Source of the DNA: an uncultured Nitrososphaerota archaeon
GTDB lineage: Archaea; Thermoproteota; Nitrososphaeria; Conexivisphaerales; DTJL01
DNA length: 64,000 nucleotides
Assembly: GCA_963842885.1 (NCBI GenBank)
Contig: CAWJIE010000003.1
Location: 288,001-352,000, forward strand
Direction of reading: 5' to 3'
The position numbers and the translations under genes are program-made. Shown piece after piece: positions 57,919-64,000 of this stretch. Below the pieces are notes generated by a model, which did no database searches, was not told the DNA's origin, and saw only the letters and a program-made list of their open reading frames with translations. Position 1 is the first letter of the stretch. The number at the start of each line of letters is the position of its first letter.

Positions 57919-57980
57919 AGTTATCGCCGTCCCAGGCTGAGCCCCAAAGGCGTTGAAGACCTCGCGACGAACTGACCCAA
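57908..57980 (+). ncRNA. Candidate C/D-box sRNA
   Basis: C-like GGGATGA 57912-57918, D' CTGA 57937-57940, GCC/GGC stem, C' TTGAAGA 57953-57959, D CTGA 57972-57975; TTAAAG about 25 nt upstream. Confidence 0.55.
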
Positions 57981-58046
57981 AAGAACGCTTGAATTCGATG
58001 CGTCCGTCTTGCGGACCGAGTCGCACGTCCGGTAGCCATGACCCAG

Positions 58047-58316
58047 CTAGAAGGAGATACCGAAGCCAGAAAGGACGACAGAGTCCTCTTCAGGCGTCAC
58101 CTCGATTCGCTCCACGGAGGCCGAAGGCGGGCCCTTCCTGCACCTCTCCAAAGCATAGTTGACGTCGGCCTCCGCGCCGTCGAAGAGAGCTTCAACTGAC
58201 CCGTCATCCAAGTTGCGCACCCAGCCCTTCAACTGCGATGACTGGGCCACCTCCATGACATAGTATCGGAAGCCCACTCCCTGGACTGAGCCATAGATCC
58301 TCACTCGCACCCTCAA
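58047..58316 (-). CDS. acyP: Acylphosphatase
   Basis: GSVQGVGFR, GWVRNLDDGSVE, GPPSA. Confidence 0.93.
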   Translation of the reverse strand: MRVRVRIYGSVQGVGFRYYVMEVAQSSQLKGWVRNLDDGSVEALFDGAEADVNYALERCRKGPPSASVERIEVTPEEDSVVLSGFGISF

Positions 58317-58361
58317 CCGCGACCGCTGAGCAGACCATGGGCAGTTGGGCTAATACGTCTA

Positions 58362-58377
58362 GCCGCCGAAGGGCGGC
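58362..58377. terminator. GC hairpin immediately after Lrp stop
   Basis: GCCGCC-GAAG-GGCGGC perfect 6-bp stem; no T-tract. Confidence 0.3.
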
Positions 58378-58379
58378 GC

Positions 58380-58793
58380 CTAGGTGATTTCCCTGAGGAT
58401 GATGATAGTGTTCGTGGTAGCCACGCCGTCGGCGCGGCGTATCTGGTCGATGCTGCCGTTGACCTCGGCGATGTTGGTTCCGGTGATAAGCACGGCGATG
58501 TCATACTGTCCGGTGATTTCGTACACGCGCTGAACCGCAGGCAGGGCCTTTATCCTGGCAGAAACATCACTCGTCGGCGTGGAGGGCGCAACGGCGACCA
58601 GGGTCAGGGCGCTCGCCGCCTGTCCCACCTCTATGTCGATGGTGAAGCGCTTGATGATGTTCAGCTCCTGGAGTCTCTTCACTCGCCTTCTGACGGCTGC
58701 TTCGGAGAGGCCTACGTTAGAACCAAGATCGACGAATGAAAGACGAGCGTCGTGCTTAAGAAGCTCGAGGAGCTTCTTGTCGACTTCGTCCAT
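58380..58793 (-). CDS. Lrp/AsnC family transcriptional regulator
   Basis: MDEVDKKLL...DAR...GLSEAAVRRRV...YEITGQYD. Confidence 0.9.
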   Translation of the reverse strand: MDEVDKKLLELLKHDARLSFVDLGSNVGLSEAAVRRRVKRLQELNIIKRFTIDIEVGQAASALTLVAVAPSTPTSDVSARIKALPAVQRVYEITGQYDIAVLITGTNIAEVNGSIDQIRRADGVATTNTIIILREIT

Positions 58794-58912
58794 GCCGAAT
58801 CAGGAAGCATTTTGCCCGTTGCGGAATTAAAACCTTTCCTTCCGATTTGGATACGTCGGCCCCCTGAGGCACTTGGAATCATCTGCATCATATCACGATG
58901 ACCTATGCAGGC

Positions 58913-59338
58913 TCACGGAGGGATTAGATACGCCCTGAGCTCCCCTTCGGACCCGGAGGCCAGCAAGGCCACCATCGGCCTCGGAACGTCACAGGCAGCA
59001 GCTGTCGATTTGACGGCGAGAGTCCGTGAGCAGAAATACGTGCTTCGGCGGATGACCATGCTCAAGGGGTGGGTGAGCGTCAGCGAGCTCGAGCCGCAGG
59101 CTCCGAAATCGAAGCTCTTCCCTTCAACGTCAATGACGAATCTCAGCCTGGAGCTGTCCCTGCAGATGAAGGCCTTTGCGTCGTCCGTCAGGTCCTTGCA
59201 GGCCGAATCGGCTCTCACTCCCAGGATGCAGTCTCCCTGCAGGGTGAGGAAGTCCTCCCGCGTCACTTCCAGGGTCATCCTGTTCGTGGCTCGGACGTTC
59301 GGATGACCCTTGAAGCGGACTGTCAGGATTGGCTCCAA
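58913..59338 (-). CDS. DUF371 family protein
   Basis: GHPNVRATNRMTLEVTREDFLTLQGDCI...VIRRS...RTL...AACD. Confidence 0.88.
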   Translation of the reverse strand: MEPILTVRFKGHPNVRATNRMTLEVTREDFLTLQGDCILGVRADSACKDLTDDAKAFICRDSSRLRFVIDVEGKSFDFGACGSSSLTLTHPLSMVIRRSTYFCSRTLAVKSTAAACDVPRPMVALLASGSEGELRAYLIPP

Positions 59339-59351
59339 CGACGCGCACCCT

Positions 59352-60023
59352 TCAGTAGCTGTCCTGCCCAACGAGCGGGACGAAGACGCAGCCTCCCAGG
59401 TCCTCTTCGACGAAGCGGTCGGCAGAGGCCCGGACCAGCCTGATCAAGTTCTGATAGCCCAAGGGCCCCAACGGGATGAGCAGGACGCCGCCGACCTTGA
59501 GCTGCTTCTTCAGAGCTGCTGGGATTCGGGGGGCAGCAGCGGTCACCACTATGCCGTCGTAGAGCCCCTCGGTCCCAGATGAGTCCCCCAGGGTTCCGTC
59601 ACGGAGCACCACCTCGACCCTGCTAGAGTACCCCGCACGCGCCAGGTTCCTGCTCGCGAAGTCGAAAAGCTCCGGAACCCGTTCCAAAGAAACGACCTTG
59701 CCTCGTCTCGCATCGGGCGGCGCCACCATCTCGGCGAGGAGCGCCGCGTTGTATCCGCTCCCGGTGCCCACTTCAAGGATGACGTCTCCTGGCTTCGGCC
59801 TCAGGGCTTCCAGCATGATGACCACCATGTGCGGAGCCGAGATGGTCTGACCAGTGTCGCCCAGAGCCAGCGGCATATCAAAGTATGCTTGCTCTTCCGT
59901 TCCCGGCCAAACGAACATCTCCCTCTTCACGCTCATGAACGCCTTCCTCACCTGTTCGGACCTAAGGAGGCCTTCTGCGGCCAAGCTGTCGGCGAGCATG
60001 CTCCTCTCGTCATGGAATCCCAA
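59352..60023 (-). CDS. pcm: Protein-L-isoaspartate O-methyltransferase
   Basis: GQTISAPHMV, LEVGTGSGY, YDGIVVTAA, FVPL. Confidence 0.95.
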   Translation of the reverse strand: MGFHDERSMLADSLAAEGLLRSEQVRKAFMSVKREMFVWPGTEEQAYFDMPLALGDTGQTISAPHMVVIMLEALRPKPGDVILEVGTGSGYNAALLAEMVAPPDARRGKVVSLERVPELFDFASRNLARAGYSSRVEVVLRDGTLGDSSGTEGLYDGIVVTAAAPRIPAALKKQLKVGGVLLIPLGPLGYQNLIRLVRASADRFVEEDLGGCVFVPLVGQDSY

Positions 60024-60026
60024 ATG

Positions 60027-61055
60027 CTACCCGAACCACCTTTCGAGGCTCTCGCTCTTCCCCTTCGAAGCCTCCTTCACCCTCTTCACGGCGGCCTGGA
60101 CCCTGTCGGGGGAGAAGTCGTGCTTGTCGCAGAGTAGCGATCTGACGCCGTCAGAGTCGATCTCGCCCCAGGTCACCTCCTTCATGTCCGCCACGGCCGG
60201 CTTCAGGAAGATGTCCCGAATCTGTTCGTATTGAGATTGAGCCAGCTCCGCCTTGATAGGATCGACCCGGTCGAGGGAGCCGTAGCTGTGTATGTACTTC
60301 AACGCAGTCACCGTACCTACGCCCTTGAACCCGTCAGGGTTGAAGTCCGTGCCCAAGAGGATACCGAGGTCGACGAGCTGCAAACGGTCGACCGAAAGCT
60401 CCTTGAAGACGTCCTCGAGCTTCACCATCTCCGGCGTGACGTCGATGTAGACGTTCTTCCCGGGGAGCTTCCTCCTCCCAGATACGGTCAGGTTCCTCAC
60501 CAGACGTGGAGAGCCGAAGAGGAGGGAGTCGTAGTCCTGCGAGACCGAGGCCCAGGCAACGCCAGTGGCAGCCAGATGGGCAGCTTCGCATTCCCCTTCG
60601 GAGGGGGCCTGCACCGAAGGGAGGCCCATCAGCTTGAGGAGCTCCTTCGACTCTGCGACCATGGATTCGTCCAGCCGGACGGACATGGAGCCGTACTTGC
60701 GCATACCTTCGGTGTCTCCTTTCACCTGAGCCTCCTGGTAGAGCTCGTACGCCTTCCTCTTCACTTCTCCCCTTCTGAATATCTCTTCACGTTTGAGCTG
60801 GGGTGGCTTGCCGTCGAAGACATAGAGGGGCTGAATGCCGTTCTCCAGGAAGTTGCAGGTACGGTAAAAAAGGCCACTAAGATGGCTGGTGATTCTCCCC
60901 TCCCTGTCCATGAGAGGGTCGCCGCCCTCGCCCCTTATCACGGCCAAGAACTGGTAGAGCGCGTTGTAGGCATCGATGGCTATGACGCGCCTGTACAGGT
61001 CTTCCAGCTTGATGGGGAATCTGCTCTTGACAAGGGGACCCAGGTCTACGCCCAT
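60027..61055 (-). CDS. fen: Flap endonuclease 1
   Basis: MGV, DAYNALYQFL, TSHLSG, VFDG, APSEGE, SQDYD, GTDFN, C-terminal PIP-like SLERWF. Confidence 0.96.
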   Translation of the reverse strand: MGVDLGPLVKSRFPIKLEDLYRRVIAIDAYNALYQFLAVIRGEGGDPLMDREGRITSHLSGLFYRTCNFLENGIQPLYVFDGKPPQLKREEIFRRGEVKRKAYELYQEAQVKGDTEGMRKYGSMSVRLDESMVAESKELLKLMGLPSVQAPSEGECEAAHLAATGVAWASVSQDYDSLLFGSPRLVRNLTVSGRRKLPGKNVYIDVTPEMVKLEDVFKELSVDRLQLVDLGILLGTDFNPDGFKGVGTVTALKYIHSYGSLDRVDPIKAELAQSQYEQIRDIFLKPAVADMKEVTWGEIDSDGVRSLLCDKHDFSPDRVQAAVKRVKEASKGKSESLERWFG

Positions 61056-61090
61056 GGTCTTGTAGCCAGCCAGAAAGGCCGAGAAGTCTC

Positions 61091-61342
61091 TTATGTGCTT
61101 TCCTGACGAGCAGGTTCCGCCTTCGGCTCGCGATATTCGATACGGCGTCTCTCCTTGTCCATCCAGCTCACGGTGATGAGCCCCCGGATCTCGAGCCTCA
61201 GCAGGACGTCGTTGAGCTCATCCATGTCCATCTCCTTGGTCTTTCGTAGCTCGTTGAGGAGGTCCACGTCGGTGGTGACCTTCATGGACCTTATCTTCTC
61301 GTCGACCGCTGCAGCGGCGCTATCTACCATTATCAGAAACAC
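61091..61342 (-). CDS. Small hypothetical winged-helix-like protein
   Basis: TDVDLLNEL...LNDVLLRLEIRGLITVSW; between cdc48 and fen. Confidence 0.65.
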   Translation of the reverse strand: MFLIMVDSAAAAVDEKIRSMKVTTDVDLLNELRKTKEMDMDELNDVLLRLEIRGLITVSWMDKERRRIEYREPKAEPARQEST

Positions 61343-61400
61343 CGTTCAGAACGTCGTTTCACTGGCGTCCGCGCAGGCTTATTAAAGTTGTTGCGGGGTT

Positions 61401-63578
61401 TCAACCATAGAGGCTTTGCTTCTGCATCTTGATCACCTGACTTCGGAGCTTCTTGTCAAGCTCGGCGTACCAGTCCTCGACCTCCTTGCTGAATCCAGGC
61501 TTGACATGCTCCAAGCCTTCGGCGAAGTCGGCGCGGGAAACGGTCTCCGACTTCCTGCGGATGGCCGAGAGGCCTGCTTCCCGACATAGCGATTCCAAGT
61601 CGGCACCAGTGAAGTTGACCGCCGACTTCGCAATGGATGCAAGGTCGACATCAGGGGAGAGTGGCATGTGGGAGACGAAAATCTTGAGGATCGACAGGCG
61701 GCCGGCTTCGTCGGGAGGGGCCACGTAGAACAGGAGGCCCATCCTCCCCGGCCTCAGGAGAGATGGATCCAAGAGGTCGGGTCGGTTGGTCGAGCCGATT
61801 ATGAAGACCCCTTCGCCGGAGTAGAGGGAATCGATTTGGGTGAGGAGCTGGCTCAGGACCGTCTCGCCGTTCCACCCCTCATCGGAGGCGTAGCGAGCCT
61901 TCGCCACGGAGTCGATCTCATCGAATAGGATTATGCAGGGGCTGGAGGACCTGGCCTTCCTGAAGATGTCCCTGATGGCCTTTTCAGACTCGCCTAGCCA
62001 CCTGCTGAGGATTTCGGGTCCCCTGATGACTATGAGGTTAGTCTGGGACTCGGCGGCCAAGGCCTTCGCGAGGAGGGTCTTTCCGCAGCCGGGCGGCCCG
62101 TAGAGGAGGACGCCGCGGGGCGGCTCGATACCCTTTTTCTTGAACTCCTCTGGGTGCTTCACGGCCTGGATGATGTTCTCGCTCAGAGCCTCCTTGATCT
62201 TCTCCAGGCCTCCCACGTCGCCCCAGAAGGTCTGGGGGACCTCGACGTAGAACTCCCGCAAGGCGGTGGGGACTATTCCCTTGTAGGCTTCAAGGAAGTC
62301 CTCCATGTCGACACTGAGCTTCTCCAGCGTCGATGTCGGCACGCTCTGGACGTTGATTTCGGTCTGCGGAATCACCGAGCGAAGGGCCCCCAGGGCTGCT
62401 TCGCGGCAGAGAGCTTTGAGATCGGCGCCGGTATAGCCGTTCGTAATGGAGGACAGCCGCTTGAGATCGACGTCTCCTGCGAGAGGCATCCCCCTTGTAT
62501 GAATCTGCAGAATCTCCAGCCTGCTTTCGGTGTTGGGGACGCCTATCTCCACCTCCCTGTCAAAGCGGCCGGGCCTCCTGAGGGCCAGGTCGACGTCGTC
62601 AATCCTATTGGTGGCTCCAATCACCACCACGTTGCCCCTTTCGCTGAGGCCATCCATCAGGGAGAGGAGCTGGGCCACCATCCTCTTCTCCACCTCCCCG
62701 AAGACCTCCTCCCTCTTGGGAGCGATGGCGTCGACCTCGTCGATGAAGACTACGCTCGGGGCGCTCTCCTTGGCGTCCTTGAAGATCTCACGCAGCTTGG
62801 CTTCCGTTTCACCGTAGTACTTGCTCATGATCTCCGGGCCGTTGATGGTGAAGAACTTCGCCTGAGATTCGTTGGCGAGGGCCTTCGCGATCATGGTCTT
62901 TCCGCAGCCGGGCGGCCCGTAGAGGAGGACGCCGCGGGGCGGCTCGATACCCAGCCTTGAGAACAGCTCGGGGAACCGCAGGGGGAGCTCCACGATTTCG
63001 CGAAGCCTGCGCAGCTGCTCGCGGAGGCCGCCTATATCTTCATAGGTGATTCGCTGCTCCGTCATGAACGACTCGGCCAGCTTGGCCTCCACCTTGAGCT
63101 TGGTGGACTCCTCGGCCACCACTATTCCACGCGGGGACACCTTGATGACCTTGAAGTTCACCGGATTGCCCAGAACGACGATGGAGAGGGAGCTTCCCTC
63201 CACCAGTGGCATCCCCTTTATCCTGTTCTTGACAAAGGATTCGAAGTCCTCGTCCAGCTGAACCGACTTGCCGAGAGGAGCGAGAACGACGCTGATGGCC
63301 GACTTCACGGTGGCTTTCCCCACGTCTATGAACCCGTTGAGCGTCACGCCGAGGTTGCGGCGAATCGAGCCGTCGATCCTGACAAGGCTCGCGCCAGATT
63401 CGTCGGCGTCGCTGGGCCACGCTGTAGCCGCGGCCACCAGCTTGCCCTTCAGCTCCAGGAAGTCCCCAGGCTTGACGCCAATCTTCATCATGGCCGCCAT
63501 GGGAAGCCGGGCCCTGGCCTTCCCTATGTCTCTGGGAAGGGCCTCCTGGACCTTCAGGCGCACTCTCTTTGCAGGCAT
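61401..63578 (-). CDS. cdc48: CDC48/VCP AAA ATPase
   Basis: N-domain plus two AAA modules (GPPGCGKT twice, DEVD/DEID, RPGR), C-terminal HbYX-like LYG. Confidence 0.96.
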   Translation of the reverse strand: MPAKRVRLKVQEALPRDIGKARARLPMAAMMKIGVKPGDFLELKGKLVAAATAWPSDADESGASLVRIDGSIRRNLGVTLNGFIDVGKATVKSAISVVLAPLGKSVQLDEDFESFVKNRIKGMPLVEGSSLSIVVLGNPVNFKVIKVSPRGIVVAEESTKLKVEAKLAESFMTEQRITYEDIGGLREQLRRLREIVELPLRFPELFSRLGIEPPRGVLLYGPPGCGKTMIAKALANESQAKFFTINGPEIMSKYYGETEAKLREIFKDAKESAPSVVFIDEVDAIAPKREEVFGEVEKRMVAQLLSLMDGLSERGNVVVIGATNRIDDVDLALRRPGRFDREVEIGVPNTESRLEILQIHTRGMPLAGDVDLKRLSSITNGYTGADLKALCREAALGALRSVIPQTEINVQSVPTSTLEKLSVDMEDFLEAYKGIVPTALREFYVEVPQTFWGDVGGLEKIKEALSENIIQAVKHPEEFKKKGIEPPRGVLLYGPPGCGKTLLAKALAAESQTNLIVIRGPEILSRWLGESEKAIRDIFRKARSSSPCIILFDEIDSVAKARYASDEGWNGETVLSQLLTQIDSLYSGEGVFIIGSTNRPDLLDPSLLRPGRMGLLFYVAPPDEAGRLSILKIFVSHMPLSPDVDLASIAKSAVNFTGADLESLCREAGLSAIRRKSETVSRADFAEGLEHVKPGFSKEVEDWYAELDKKLRSQVIKMQKQSLYG
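62076..62952. repeat. 58-bp perfect direct repeat in cdc48 D1/D2 Walker A regions (62076-62133 and 62895-62952)
   Basis: GGTCTTTCCGCAGCCGGGCGGCCCGTAGAGGAGGACGCCGCGGGGCGGCTCGATACCC identical in both copies. Confidence 0.9.
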
Positions 63579-63665
63579 GCCGACACCAACCTACCGCATC
63601 AGGTAGAATTAAGCGCTCCTGCACGCTGATAAGCCTAAGTGCGAAAACAAAGGTCTTGCCGGCGG

Positions 63666-63947
63666 CTACTTGATGTGCGTCGAAGACCGGCTTACGCCTA
63701 CTACGTCCACTTGGCTGATGCCCTTGGTCGCGAGGAGGGCAGCCTCCAGGGGGTCCGTCCCCCCTTCCTTGTCTTCGATGCCGAAGTCCATGATCAGGGC
63801 GTTGAGGCCGAAAGCTATCGGCTCCACCCTGTACCTTATGACGGAGGCGACGGCCTTCGTTGAGACCTTGATGTCTTCCAATGTCTGCTCTGGCTTGGCT
63901 TCGATGTCCTCAGGAAGGACTTTGACGCGCACGACTAGGTCAGCCAT
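63666..63947 (-). CDS. ef1b: Elongation factor 1-beta
   Basis: VKVLPED...EPIAFGLNAL...DKEGGTD. Confidence 0.93.
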   Translation of the reverse strand: MADLVVRVKVLPEDIEAKPEQTLEDIKVSTKAVASVIRYRVEPIAFGLNALIMDFGIEDKEGGTDPLEAALLATKGISQVDVVGVSRSSTHIK

Positions 63948-63962
63948 GGATGATGCCCCCGT

Positions 63963-64000
63963 CTACGGGCCTTCGAATCCGCAGTTCTCGCACTTGTAAG
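63963..64000 (-). CDS. Zn-ribbon RNA-binding protein (DUF1610), C-terminal end only
   Basis: YKCENCGFEGP*, directly upstream of ef1b as is typical. Confidence 0.8.
   Translation of the reverse strand, partial: YKCENCGFEGP

Overview
GC-rich (roughly 60%) archaeal chromosomal segment. It most likely comes from a deep-branching, non-ammonia-oxidising Nitrososphaerota (Thaumarchaeota)-type lineage; this is inferred from gene order (rps3ae-serS-pcc1-DHH-rps15-rdgB-bud32-kae1), a thaumarchaeal-style TatA, a short L15e and tRNAs with non-canonical introns. Most of the window is core housekeeping: the alpha (S13-S4-S11-rpoD-L18e) and S10/spc ribosomal protein clusters, secY/adk/cmk/cbf5, KEOPS, RNase P proteins, proteasome beta subunits, aCPSF1, FEN1, Cdc48 and EF-1beta. 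Many essential genes carry single-base frameshifts, pointing to indel errors in an unpolished assembly, so a frameshift alone was not taken as pseudogene evidence. Non-core or unexplained parts: (i) an HTH plus putative ligand-binding regulator divergent from glmS, with a palindrome next to the glmS TATA box; (ii) a sulfur-trafficking cassette (TusA, FUN14-like membrane protein, DsrE, TusA, SQR, ArsR) with inverted-repeat operators, flanked by gene remnants and a two-intron tRNA-Ser; (iii) a decayed region at the tRNA-Ala 3' end with a DpnI-like remnant and a cluster of convergent YGACGTG motifs; (iv) moaA-tatA-torD with an HdrA-like remnant; (v) a candidate ~170-nt structured ncRNA between psmB and egsA; (vi) a candidate C/D-box sRNA after pop5. 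TTG (and probably CTG) start codons are unusually frequent.
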